Origin: Opitutales bacterium
Lineage (GTDB): Bacteria; Verrucomicrobiota; Verrucomicrobiia; Opitutales; PNEW01
Direction: 5' to 3'
DNA: 64,000 bases
Assembly (NCBI GenBank): GCA_965197745.1
Contig: CBDANS010000007.1
Span: 192,001-256,000 of the forward strand
The position numbers and the translations under genes are program-made. Positions 10,068 to 19,841 of this stretch are shown here, piece after piece. Under the pieces are notes generated by a model, which saw only the letters and a list, made by a program, of their open reading frames with translations, did not search any database and was not told the DNA's origin. The number at the start of each line of letters is the position of its first letter. The first letter of the stretch is position 1.

Positions 10068-10619
10068 ATGAAAACATATGCCACGATAAATAATTCGAGA
10101 TTATTGAGCAAAGTTCAGGTGATAGAAACTGCCATTCTCCTGGAGATATCCCTGATACTGCCGGTCTTAATTCATTTAATTCCCATTTTTGGGGTCAGTT
10201 CCTGGGGGGCACGACTACTTCCGATTTATTATGCTCCTCTCATTGCCGCATTGTTCTACCGTGCGCATGTTGGTCTGATCGTTACCCTATGTCCGCCCTG
10301 GATAAATCATCTATTCACGGGCATGCCAAATATCCCTGTTACCTCTCTCTTAACCTGTGAGCTATTAATTTTCGTTCTATTAATAATATTTTTTGTCAAT
10401 CTCGCGGGACGTAAGTGGTTTTATGGACCGCTTGCTTACCTCGTAGCCAAAACGCTTTTTTTTATGGTCCTTTTATTCTGGCCCCCGGATTTTCTTTTAA
10501 ATCCCCCCCTCGATTATTTTAAAAATACCCTCTTTGTAGCAATTCCCGGCATACTCTTGCTCGGCCTTGTTAATTGGGGGGCGATAAGACTATCGCCCAA
10601 AAAAATATCCGATGGTTGA
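10068..10619 (+). CDS. Small polytopic membrane protein, ECF S-component-like
   Basis: About 5-6 hydrophobic segments with LPVLIHLIP..GARLLPIYY..NHLFTGMP pattern. Family call is inference. Confidence 0.5.
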   Translation: MKTYATINNSRLLSKVQVIETAILLEISLILPVLIHLIPIFGVSSWGARLLPIYYAPLIAALFYRAHVGLIVTLCPPWINHLFTGMPNIPVTSLLTCELLIFVLLIIFFVNLAGRKWFYGPLAYLVAKTLFFMVLLFWPPDFLLNPPLDYFKNTLFVAIPGILLLGLVNWGAIRLSPKKISDG

Positions 10620-11019
10620 TCTATCATTTGAGGAGATAGCCAACTGTATTCGGTCAACTCCATTCCCCGCTGTCGATTGTGTGCTTGGGATTCTCAATGG
10701 TGGTCTCGTTCCCGCTTCGCTTATCGCATACGAGCTAAAGAAACCCTTACATTTTATTTCTATTAATTACCGAGATGAAAATAATAAACCACTCTATGAA
10801 ACCCCGCAACTGTTCACGAATCATCTTCCCCAAATTACAGGCGAGCATGTTTTGGTGGTGGATGATGTTTCGGTGTCAGGTGAAACTTTACGATTGGCTA
10901 AAGCACAGTTGAAAGATTACCAGTTGATGTCTGCTGTTCTTATTGGTGAGGCCGATATTGTTCTCTTTCCCAATATTAAGGAGTGTGTAAACTGGCCGTG
11001 GCGTAAGCAGGATGCATGA
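10612..11019 (+). CDS. Type I phosphoribosyltransferase (purine PRTase-like)
   Basis: GILNGGLVPA, PRPP loop VLVVDDVSVSGETL, C-terminal VNWPW. Confidence 0.85.
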   Translation: MVDLSFEEIANCIRSTPFPAVDCVLGILNGGLVPASLIAYELKKPLHFISINYRDENNKPLYETPQLFTNHLPQITGEHVLVVDDVSVSGETLRLAKAQLKDYQLMSAVLIGEADIVLFPNIKECVNWPWRKQDA

Positions 11020-11093
11020 TGCAGGATACAGGATGCAGGATACAGGATGCATGATGCAGGATACAGGTTAGTGAACAGTAAACAGTGATCAGT
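11007..11093. repeat. Heptamer tandem repeat array
   Basis: Nine consecutive 7-mers (GCAGGAT, GCATGAT, GCAGGAT, ACAGGAT, GCAGGAT, ACAGGAT, GCATGAT, GCAGGAT, ACAGGTT; 11007-11069), then AGTGAAC AGTAAAC AGTGATC AGT. Confidence 0.9.
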
Positions 11094-11123
11094 CGAATGC
11101 TCAGGGTTGAATGCAGTTGCCAG

Positions 11124-12404
11124 CTAGGCAGGCGAGGATGACGGTTGCAGATAAGGGATTGTTTGGGGACCTTCGGGGAGGATCGCAACGGGGGCATCCC
11201 GACCATTAATTTTGAGTTCCTGTTCAAGGGCATCTTTCAAACTGGGAACAGGAATTAAGTGACTGCGCTCTACATCGCGAGGGTCTAACTCACTGAAAAG
11301 AGCAACGCGCACCCTTTCTAAAATAATGGCTAAAAGTTGCACTTGCCACTGATCACAAAGAAGGAACCCCGGTTGATTTATTGCCGATAAAAAAGCTGAT
11401 GGACTGTCATATTCAAAAAGAAGCTTTTTAAAATTTCCATGATCAGGAAACCCATCATTGCATTTCGCCGCGGTAAGGATGAGTCCATCATCTTCAACAA
11501 TTTGAGCCGCGGCTGACATACCCTTGACCGCTTGATAAAGGTTCTGGTCTAAGGGGTAGCCACTATTAGTGGTGATGACGATAGGGAAAGGTTCCGGGCA
11601 GGCAATCATCGCAGTTTCTTTGACAAAGGCGCAACCCTCATGGAAAGCAGCCATCGTATCCCCACAGAAGAATTTAGTAATTTCCCGGTTCCGATTTTGT
11701 GCGAGGTTTACACAAAAATCTATGGGTAAAAGTGACCCGTTTGCACAAATCTGTTCCTGGGTAGGATTATTATCCAAATTTCCCCAGGTACTGCGGGGAT
11801 CACCGATGACACTGGCGTTATGGTATTGCATAATCGCATCTCTATTTGCGATCCCGGGAAAGACAGCCTTATATCCTCCTGAGAACCCTGCCATGAAATG
11901 CGGTTCAATAAATCCCATGATGATACGCCTGTCCGCTTCCACGTAATACTGGTTAAAATAAACGGAATAGCCAAATTTTGACTCTCCCGCAAGGGCGTTG
12001 CTTGTCGGGTCATCACCCTTATGATCGACAACGCGATAATTCTCAACGATCTCTTTTCCAAGCATAAGCGCTAGCTCTTCGGGTGTATGCCCGCGATGCG
12101 TGCCGGTGCCGGTAATAATCGTGAAGTTTTTTTTGGGAAGATGTTTAAGTTCGTGAAACAACCAGGGAAGTAAGCGATCATTAGGCAATGGCCTGGTAAT
12201 ATCGGGAATTACCACCGCGACACGGTCGCCTGTTTGTATAATTTCGCGGAGAGGGGGTGATTGGATAGGATTACGAACAGCGTCTTCAAACGCTTTCTGT
12301 TCATCGGGGAGGCCATTTAAATAATGCGGTGTGAGGATAGTCGCATTGATCCCGTCCAGTTCGATTTCAAGACCTTCATTCCCATAATCCAAAAGTGTTA
12401 CCAT
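11124..12404 (-). CDS. larA: LarA-family nickel-pincer racemase/epimerase
   Basis: VVIPDITRP, GTGTHR, EPHFMAGFSGGYK, GYPLDQNLYQAVKG motifs. Substrate not determinable. Confidence 0.85.
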   Translation of the reverse strand: MVTLLDYGNEGLEIELDGINATILTPHYLNGLPDEQKAFEDAVRNPIQSPPLREIIQTGDRVAVVIPDITRPLPNDRLLPWLFHELKHLPKKNFTIITGTGTHRGHTPEELALMLGKEIVENYRVVDHKGDDPTSNALAGESKFGYSVYFNQYYVEADRRIIMGFIEPHFMAGFSGGYKAVFPGIANRDAIMQYHNASVIGDPRSTWGNLDNNPTQEQICANGSLLPIDFCVNLAQNRNREITKFFCGDTMAAFHEGCAFVKETAMIACPEPFPIVITTNSGYPLDQNLYQAVKGMSAAAQIVEDDGLILTAAKCNDGFPDHGNFKKLLFEYDSPSAFLSAINQPGFLLCDQWQVQLLAIILERVRVALFSELDPRDVERSHLIPVPSLKDALEQELKINGRDAPVAILPEGPQTIPYLQPSSSPA

Positions 12405-12439
12405 GACAAAATTTGGGTTTCGAAAAAATCAACCGCTAT

Positions 12440-13189
12440 TTATGCAGAGTCTAATTGCCCCTTAATTATGTCGTTCTGTTTTTCGGTAATTTCCTCAATA
12501 CCGTTGCGGGCAAGGGATATCAGTCGGTCCAATTGTTCCTGTGAAAAGCTTGCCTCTTCCCCACTGCCCTGCAATTCGACAAATTCACCTTTCCCGGTCA
12601 TGACAACATTGAAATCAACGCTGGCATCTTTGTCTTCAAGGTAATTAAGATCGAGAATTTCATGATCATTGTATACCCCAACGCTTACAGCAGCTACCGA
12701 ATCTCTCAGGGGGTTTTCTTCTAATTGCCCGTTTTGCAATAGTTTTTCTACTGCTATACGAGCAGCGATGTATGCGCCGGTGATGGACGCGGTGCGAGTT
12801 CCTCCATCAGCCTGGAGCACATCGCAGTCGATCCATAAACAATGCCCCGGCATTTTTTTTAAATCGGCAACGGCGCGTATTGATCGACCAATGAGACGTT
12901 GAATTTCCACGGTTCGTCCATCTGCTTTCCCTCTAGAAATATCACGTCTTTTACGTTCCAGGGTGCTATAGGGGAGCATCGAATATTCTGCGGTAATCCA
13001 GCCACCTTCTACACCCTGTTGCTGCATCCACCTGGGAAGATTCTTATCAATAGTGGCGGCACAGATTACTTTTGTCTCACCAAAACTGAAGAGGACAGAG
13101 CCCGAAGCATGAGGGGCAATTCCCGAACTAATAGTTATGGGGCGCAATTCATCCGGTTGTCGGTTGTCGGGACGATTAAAAGTTGGCAT
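12440..13189 (-). CDS. rph: Ribonuclease PH
   Basis: GWITAEYSMLP, RTVEIQRLIGRS, DCDVLQADGGTRTASITG. Confidence 0.97.
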   Translation of the reverse strand: MPTFNRPDNRQPDELRPITISSGIAPHASGSVLFSFGETKVICAATIDKNLPRWMQQQGVEGGWITAEYSMLPYSTLERKRRDISRGKADGRTVEIQRLIGRSIRAVADLKKMPGHCLWIDCDVLQADGGTRTASITGAYIAARIAVEKLLQNGQLEENPLRDSVAAVSVGVYNDHEILDLNYLEDKDASVDFNVVMTGKGEFVELQGSGEEASFSQEQLDRLISLARNGIEEITEKQNDIIKGQLDSA

Positions 13190-13282
13190 GATAAAACTAA
13201 TTAAATTGAGAAAAACAAACGGCGCTCACCCTATTGGAGTAAAACATGGGTCAACCGGCAATTATTACGATGAGGACAGACT

Positions 13283-15337
13283 TTAAGCAATGGCCGTTTC
13301 TTTTTTGGAAATTTCCGGGTCCGTCCATTTGCCATGTTCTTTAATCAATTCGATCAGTTTATCAACGGCATGTTCTTCGGGAATATGGTATTGAACACAT
13401 TTTTTTGCCACGTAAAGATTCACCTTACCGGGAGAACCCCCGACATAACCGAAATCCGCATCGGCCATTTCTCCTGGGCCATTGACAATACATCCCATAA
13501 TGGCGATGGTCACTCCCTTAAGATGATTGGTTTTGGATCGAATCCGCTGTGTTGTGGATTGAAGGTCAAAGAGTGTCCTTCCACAACTCGGGCAGGCGAC
13601 AAATTCTGTTTTAGAAATGCGGGCGCGCGCTCCTTGTAGGATATTGTAGGCAAGCACTGTAGCCCGCGCGATGTCGGGTTCAGTCTCGATACTGATCAAA
13701 TCTCCGAGACCATCACACAAAAGGCTGCCAGAGAGGATAGCAGCTTCCATGAGGCGGTCACTGTGATAATTTTTTAGATCGACTGTATTGCTTTCCGTGT
13801 TGCGTATCCAAAGCGGCGTTTTAAAACCCCATCCATTTAAAATAGCTGCCAGTTTGCGGTAAGCCCCTAAGGGATGCATGTTTTCGGGTGGATGTGAGAG
13901 GGTAAAGACCAGATTGAGATCGCCTGATACCTGCAGGGGTTTTTCCATTGCCGGCAATGCCTGAGGAGAAATATCCAGGGCGAGGGTAAGCCCTTTTTCC
14001 CGCGCAAATGCGATATAGTGTTCGAGGAGTTCACTTTCATCTGGAGCAAATTTTTTCAGGATCATCCAGTGGCTGTTACCCGGCCATGTAAATTCTTCCA
14101 GATTTTTGAGTATAATAGAATCATCTATATTTATGACAAAAAATGGGACGGAAGATTGGAGAGCGTTTTGAATCTCTATTAAATGTTGAAAATGATCACC
14201 GGTATCCAGTTTCAGGAGCAGCCCTTCTATCCTCGTATCTTTGAATTGAACTTGCGTTTGTGTAACTTCATTAATGATGTCCGTTGTTTTATGAAGGGAG
14301 TGATGAACGGGGACGATAACCCTTGGCGCCTGATCAGGGGCGATTACGCAACCTCCTTTTAGATCGATGGTCGTGATCTCGCGACGGTTGAAATCGTAGG
14401 GGTTTATACTGTCATATTTGTTTTGTTGAACGGTATTGTCCTTATGTGCTTGCCATAAAAGCATGGTTTTATCTGCCAAAGAACGGGCAACCGGAATTTC
14501 GTAAACGGGATCTTCTGTTAAAGAAACACGGATAGTGTCACCGAGGCCATCGAAGAGAAGACTACCGATACCAATAGAACTCTTAATACGCGCATCTTCC
14601 CCATCACCCGCTTCGGTTACACCGAGATGCAGGGGGTAATTCATATTTTCGGCATGCATCTTTTCCACGACAAGACGATATGCCTGGATCATGATTTTGG
14701 GGTTACTCGCTTTCATCGAAAGGATTATATCGTGATAACCATGTGATTCAGCAATACGCATGAATTCCAATGCGGATTCCACCATTCCCTTGGGGGTGTC
14801 ACCGTAGCGGTTCATAATGCGGTCAGAAAGAGAACCATGGTTGGTTCCTATCCTCATAGCCCTTCCCAGGCGCTTACACTTTTTAACCAAAGGAGAAAAC
14901 CCATCATATAGCTTTTGTATTTCTTCATCATATTGGGCATCGGTATATTCACGAATAGCAAATTTTTTTCTGTCCGCAAAATTACCGGGATTAATACGCA
15001 CTTTTTCCACGTGTTCAGCTGCTTCCATTGCCGCGCGTGGAAGAAAATGAATGTCGGCAGCAAGGGGAACATCAATTTTGGACTGCCGTAATTGTTTACT
15101 TATATCCCTGAGCGCTTGAGCGGCAGTCATGTTTTGCGCGGTGATGCGAACAATTTCACAGCCCGCTTCGACAAGGGCTATGGATTGTTTAACGGTGGCT
15201 TCAACATCCTGTGTTGGAGTGGTCGTCATTGACTGTACGCGAATTGCATTATCGCCGCCCACGCCGATATCACCGACCATCACCTCGTGGGTAGACTGTC
15301 GAATTGTCGCGTAGCGGGATTTACAGTAACCGGCCAT
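13283..15337 (-). CDS. ispG: HMBPP synthase, long three-domain form
   Basis: RVQSMTTT, ADIHF, VRINPGN, RIGTNHGSLS, HLGVTEAG, ACPSCGRT, IMGCIVNGPGE. 684 aa with a central insert. Confidence 0.96.
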   Translation of the reverse strand: MAGYCKSRYATIRQSTHEVMVGDIGVGGDNAIRVQSMTTTPTQDVEATVKQSIALVEAGCEIVRITAQNMTAAQALRDISKQLRQSKIDVPLAADIHFLPRAAMEAAEHVEKVRINPGNFADRKKFAIREYTDAQYDEEIQKLYDGFSPLVKKCKRLGRAMRIGTNHGSLSDRIMNRYGDTPKGMVESALEFMRIAESHGYHDIILSMKASNPKIMIQAYRLVVEKMHAENMNYPLHLGVTEAGDGEDARIKSSIGIGSLLFDGLGDTIRVSLTEDPVYEIPVARSLADKTMLLWQAHKDNTVQQNKYDSINPYDFNRREITTIDLKGGCVIAPDQAPRVIVPVHHSLHKTTDIINEVTQTQVQFKDTRIEGLLLKLDTGDHFQHLIEIQNALQSSVPFFVINIDDSIILKNLEEFTWPGNSHWMILKKFAPDESELLEHYIAFAREKGLTLALDISPQALPAMEKPLQVSGDLNLVFTLSHPPENMHPLGAYRKLAAILNGWGFKTPLWIRNTESNTVDLKNYHSDRLMEAAILSGSLLCDGLGDLISIETEPDIARATVLAYNILQGARARISKTEFVACPSCGRTLFDLQSTTQRIRSKTNHLKGVTIAIMGCIVNGPGEMADADFGYVGGSPGKVNLYVAKKCVQYHIPEEHAVDKLIELIKEHGKWTDPEISKKETAIA

Positions 15338-15415
15338 ATGAATCAGGAGTAAGGTAATATAACATTTAAATTGTTGAAGAGGTTATTTTACCGATTGAAT
15401 TGAAGCTATGAGAAA

Positions 15416-16912
15416 TTAATCATCAATGCTATTTTTCTCAGACTCGATATCAGTTTCATCTTTATTTTCGAAAATGGGATCGACGATATTGTCGAGGCGT
15501 TCTTGGTATTCGCGTTCATCATTTATATCTCTCCCTACGCGCTGGAAATCAAAAAACATAACATAGAAAAAGAGCCCCATTAACATAATTATAAAAGCGC
15601 CCTGGGTCCGTGCAATCATCATGGGTGGCAGTGCTCTCCCCCGGATTTTTGCCATCGTCGCAAATACCATATGGCCCCCATCCAAAACGGGAATGGGGAG
15701 CAGGTTGAGAATAGCGAGATTCACGTTGATTAACGCCGTCAGCACGAGGACCAGTCTTAAGTCGAATGAAACTCGATAGATGGCATAGACGATACCGGGA
15801 GGACCCGTAAGTTGATTGAGGCGAATATCTGACTGTGGATGAATCAGCCCCCAGAGTACCTGTAAGGTCATGGTTACATGCTGATAAATTTGCGTAAGGG
15901 GGTTGATATGTATAAGATATTGTTTTCGCTCCAATTGAAAACCAAGACTGGGGGCGGTATCACCATCCTTCGTGACGACAACAATATCGGGTTTTATTGA
16001 ATAGGTCAGGGTTCTGCCCGCACGGATTATAGTCAGCGCCATTATATTCTCATGATCGGATTGAAGATACTGGTTGAGGGCGTAGAAAGTCATTATCGGC
16101 TGACTATCTATGGAAAGAATTTGATCACCCGGCATCAATCCGGCGCGCGCGGCCGGTGAATTTTCCAGGACATTACCCAGGGTAAGCGTTTCTGCGGGTT
16201 GGACGCCAATCATCCGCATGCGCTCATCGGTGGCGAGGATAGGGAATAATTCAATATCAAGAATTTCACTGTCCCGTCTTACGGTAAAAACGCTGCGCGG
16301 CGCACCACCCTTGCTTCGCCCCGTGCCGGTTATCAGGGTATGTTTGAATTCAGACCAATCTTCGACAATAGTACCGTCTATTTTAGTAACGACGTCACCC
16401 GCTTTAAGACCGGCTTTAAACGCGGGGGATTCGACTTCTTCGCCCTCCGCGTTTTTCAGTGTTGGAAAGACGTAACCGATACGTGTGGTTTGCAAAATTT
16501 CCGTAGTCGGTTGTCCGACCATCCACAAGATGGTGGCGAGGACGAGAGCAAAAAGGACGTTAAAAACAGCACCCATTACGGCGACAATCATTTTATCAGC
16601 GTAGCTGATGGGCGGTAATTCTTCTTCCGTTGACTCAGACTCGCCTTCAATACCGCGCAGGTCAGCGAGTTGAGGAAGCGCTACATAGCCACCGAGGGGG
16701 AGCGCGGAAATGCGATATTCAACACCGTCTTTATTCCAGGAGAATAGTTTAGGACCAAAACCAATAGAGAATCGGTCGATCTTTAAACCGCGTCGGCGTG
16801 CTGCCAGGAAATGGCCCAATTCATGGACAAAGATAGATCCTCCAAAGAATAGAATAATCAAAAGGATAGACCAGAAACTGGAAAAGAGTGTTTTAAAAAT
16901 ATCAGGATTCAT
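15416..16912 (-). CDS. rseP: RIP metalloprotease RseP
   Basis: HELGH, FSIGFGP, two PDZ domains, NLLPIPVLDGGH. ATG 16912 overlaps the dxr stop. Confidence 0.95.
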   Translation of the reverse strand: MNPDIFKTLFSSFWSILLIILFFGGSIFVHELGHFLAARRRGLKIDRFSIGFGPKLFSWNKDGVEYRISALPLGGYVALPQLADLRGIEGESESTEEELPPISYADKMIVAVMGAVFNVLFALVLATILWMVGQPTTEILQTTRIGYVFPTLKNAEGEEVESPAFKAGLKAGDVVTKIDGTIVEDWSEFKHTLITGTGRSKGGAPRSVFTVRRDSEILDIELFPILATDERMRMIGVQPAETLTLGNVLENSPAARAGLMPGDQILSIDSQPIMTFYALNQYLQSDHENIMALTIIRAGRTLTYSIKPDIVVVTKDGDTAPSLGFQLERKQYLIHINPLTQIYQHVTMTLQVLWGLIHPQSDIRLNQLTGPPGIVYAIYRVSFDLRLVLVLTALINVNLAILNLLPIPVLDGGHMVFATMAKIRGRALPPMMIARTQGAFIIMLMGLFFYVMFFDFQRVGRDINDEREYQERLDNIVDPIFENKDETDIESEKNSIDD

Positions 16913-18071
16913 ATTCAGTGACTTTTTTTTGCGCAACTTCGCGCACTGACGCATCGAATTCTAAAACCTGCTCAAGGTTTTGAGGTTCGAAACTGGATAC
17001 GGTTTGAAATGTTTGTTCTATAATGCTTGGAATCGAAAGGTATTCAATCCGATTTTCAAGAAAAGCGCTGACGGCCAATTCGTTTGAAGCGTTAAACGCA
17101 GCAGGAGCAGTGCCACCCGTTTCAAGAGCTTCTCTGGCCAGATGCAGGCAGCGGAATCGTTCGAGATCAGGAGGGAAAAAGTCAAATTGCATGACTTGAT
17201 TGAAGTCAAGCGTCTCGTTCACCCCTTCACCCCGTTCGGGGTATAAGAGAGTGTGCTGAAGGGCAAAGGTCATAGAAGGAGGGGAAAGTTGCGCTAAGAT
17301 TGAACCATCGATGAATTCGACGAGTGAATGCACGATACTTTGAGGATGAACGACAACCTGGATATTTTCAGGTTCCTTGTTGAACAGCCAGTGAGCTTCA
17401 ATAATCTCAAGCCCCTTATTAGCCATGGTCGAAGAATCAACCGTAATTTTAGGCCCCATAGACCAGTTAGGATGTTTTAGCGCGTCCTCAGGAGTGATCG
17501 CTTTCATTTGCTCTAAGCTGTAGTCGCGAAAGGGACCGCCTGAAGCGGTGAGAATAACTTTTGCGAGATCTTTTCCATTGGAGTTCTGTAGGCATTGAAA
17601 AATGGCATTGTGTTCACTATCAGCCGGTAAAATTTGCCTTCCATGTTTTTTAGCCGCTTCCATTACGAATTTTCCTGCGAGGACCAGCACTTCTTTACTC
17701 GCGAGCGCAACGTCATTACCCGCTTCAAGAGCTGCCAGGGTGGGACGAAGACATATAGTTCCAGGAACCGCGATCACCGTAATATCAGCTTCCGGCAATG
17801 AAGCTAATTCAATGAGTCCTTCCATCCCACACGAGAAATGAACATCAGGGGAAAACAGACCGGATGAACACGCCTGCTTGTAAGCATTCTCATTGTATAG
17901 AGCAACGTGTTTGAGATCAAATTCACGCGCGATGCTTGCCAAGGACTCGTAGTTTGAAAAAGCAGCGATACCGGCAAGCCTGAGGCGTTCGTGATTACCG
18001 CGGAGGACACGGAGAGTATTTTCACCGATTGACCCGGTGGCACCCAAGAGAACGATACTTTTACGGTCCAT
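16902..18071 (-). CDS. dxr: 1-deoxy-D-xylulose-5-phosphate reductoisomerase
   Basis: LGATGSIG, LPADSEHNA, LTASGGPF, HPNWSMGPKITVDS. Confidence 0.97.
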   Translation of the reverse strand: MDRKSIVLLGATGSIGENTLRVLRGNHERLRLAGIAAFSNYESLASIAREFDLKHVALYNENAYKQACSSGLFSPDVHFSCGMEGLIELASLPEADITVIAVPGTICLRPTLAALEAGNDVALASKEVLVLAGKFVMEAAKKHGRQILPADSEHNAIFQCLQNSNGKDLAKVILTASGGPFRDYSLEQMKAITPEDALKHPNWSMGPKITVDSSTMANKGLEIIEAHWLFNKEPENIQVVVHPQSIVHSLVEFIDGSILAQLSPPSMTFALQHTLLYPERGEGVNETLDFNQVMQFDFFPPDLERFRCLHLAREALETGGTAPAAFNASNELAVSAFLENRIEYLSIPSIIEQTFQTVSSFEPQNLEQVLEFDASVREVAQKKVTEYES

Positions 18072-18073
18072 TT

Positions 18074-18913
18074 TTATACTAAAAAATAATATAATATAAA
18101 ATAACCTACAGGGGCACTCAGAATGATGCTGTCCAGAAGGTCAAGTGCACCACCGATGCCTGGAACCATAGTGCCTGAATTTTTTTCACCCGCATGACGT
18201 TTGAGAATCGATTCAACAAGATCAGAGAGAATGGCGACAAGCGCAACAGGGATGGCCAAGATAGCTGCTTTCCATGGGTAAAATGAAAGAGGAAAATATT
18301 TTGAAAAAATTAAAACAAAAACAAAAGCGGTGAGAACAGCGAAAATGATAGCGCCCAATGCGCCCTCCCAGGTTTTATGAGGACTGATTTCAGGGGCGAG
18401 AAAAGTCTTTCCTAACTTACGGCCAACGAGAAACCCGCCAACGTCGCTAAACTTTGCAATTACAACAATCCAGAGGGCTAAAAACAGACCGGTCTCCGGA
18501 CTCGTGAATTGGTGAATAAGTAATACCAGGTACTTCAGCATATAGGGAATATAGATAATTCCGAACAGGGTAGAGATTAACGATGAGGTCTTGTTACTTA
18601 ATTTATTAAGACGAAGGGTAGCAACCGCGCAAACAATTGCTGAGAACGTTAGCAAGTCTGCGTTCGCGAGCAAATTGCCGGATGCTGTATACAAAGGCAG
18701 ATAATAGGAACCGAGAATAATTAAAACCCCCAGGAATAGGCCCAGTCTTTGCATCGGGGCATGTCCTGCTTTATCCAGGAGGCGGTACAATTCATATTGC
18801 GAAAGCGCACTGAGAAGAGCGAGAATCCAGACACCTGCTGTTGATCCAGCGACATACAGGACTACAAGGAGGGCTACCCATAAACCCACCGTACTGAATA
18901 TACGTTGCGTCAC
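18074..18913 (-). CDS. cdsA: Phosphatidate cytidylyltransferase
   Basis: Polytopic; ISPHKTWEG, SDLVESILKR, PGIGGALD. Confidence 0.93.
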   Translation of the reverse strand: MTQRIFSTVGLWVALLVVLYVAGSTAGVWILALLSALSQYELYRLLDKAGHAPMQRLGLFLGVLIILGSYYLPLYTASGNLLANADLLTFSAIVCAVATLRLNKLSNKTSSLISTLFGIIYIPYMLKYLVLLIHQFTSPETGLFLALWIVVIAKFSDVGGFLVGRKLGKTFLAPEISPHKTWEGALGAIIFAVLTAFVFVLIFSKYFPLSFYPWKAAILAIPVALVAILSDLVESILKRHAGEKNSGTMVPGIGGALDLLDSIILSAPVGYFILYYFLV

Positions 18914-19680
18914 CTGTTTAAGATCGGCTCAGTTGGGCTTTGGCGAATTTGTTCTCCCGTTTTTCCGAAGCGTCGTTCCCGTTTCTTAAAACTTTCAATA
19001 GCTTCTATTAAATCTTTCTTGTCAAACTCAGGCCATAATTTGCGGGAGAAATAGAATTCAGAATAAGCGCCTTGTAAGAGCAGAAAGTTGCTTAATCGTG
19101 TTTCGCCAGAAGTGCGGATGATAAGATCAGGGTCGGGAATGCCATCTGTATAAAGGTATCCAGCGAAGTCATCCCATTGCAGGAAATCTGGGTTTTCGGT
19201 CCCTGCGAGGACGGCTCGGGAATAAGATTTAACAGCATCAACAACTTCGGTGCGGGCACCATAATTAAGCGCAAAAATAAGTGTTCGCTCATTATATTGA
19301 GAGGTATCCTCGGCCGCTTGATTGAGGAGAAGACACAGTCGGTGGGGCAAATCTTCTGCACGACCAATGACTTTAAGAGCGATCTGGTTTTTATGTAATT
19401 CCTTCACCTGAGTTTTAAGAAAGTGTTCCAGCATCTTCATCAGCGCTTCTACTTCTTCTGGGGGGCGATCCCAATTTTCAGCGGAGAAGGCATAAAAGGT
19501 AAGATACCTGATTCCGAGTTCCCGCGCGCACCCGACAATTTTCCTCACATTTTCAACACCCTGCCGATGCCCTTCGATACGCGGCAAACCATGCTGTTTA
19601 GCCCAACGGCCGTTCCCATCAGGAATTATTGCAACATGGATGGGTGATATTATATTATCGGCGTGGATTTTTTTTTTCAC
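18910..19680 (-). CDS. uppS: Undecaprenyl diphosphate synthase
   Basis: HVAIIPDGNGRWA, YAFSAENW, PDLIIRTSGETRLSNFLL, RRFG. Confidence 0.96.
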   Translation of the reverse strand: MKKKIHADNIISPIHVAIIPDGNGRWAKQHGLPRIEGHRQGVENVRKIVGCARELGIRYLTFYAFSAENWDRPPEEVEALMKMLEHFLKTQVKELHKNQIALKVIGRAEDLPHRLCLLLNQAAEDTSQYNERTLIFALNYGARTEVVDAVKSYSRAVLAGTENPDFLQWDDFAGYLYTDGIPDPDLIIRTSGETRLSNFLLLQGAYSEFYFSRKLWPEFDKKDLIEAIESFKKRERRFGKTGEQIRQSPTEPILNR

Positions 19681-19841
19681 GAAACTAGTTGAAAATAATA
19701 AAGCAATGAGTAGCCATTGCCTTTTTTGTTTAAGAGCTTACTTAGCCTATAAATTGAATAATTTCAATTTTTAGAGGAAAAGGCAAATGTAAAGGCCCAA
19801 TGGATTAAAAAGGCTGGCAATTAATGGATCAGTGGGCGGGC

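Noticed and set aside
11007..11093. CRISPR array
   Set aside because: The units are 7 bp with no unique spacers, and there are no cas genes.
10976..11233. 85-aa ORF with HPVSCI/HASCIL repeats
   Set aside because: It is a translation artefact of the heptamer array and overlaps larA.
19668..19677. A10 run at the uppS start (also A9 at the leuA start) as a phase-variation tract
   Set aside because: These are Lys codons right after the start codon of housekeeping genes, a common AT-rich initiation feature.
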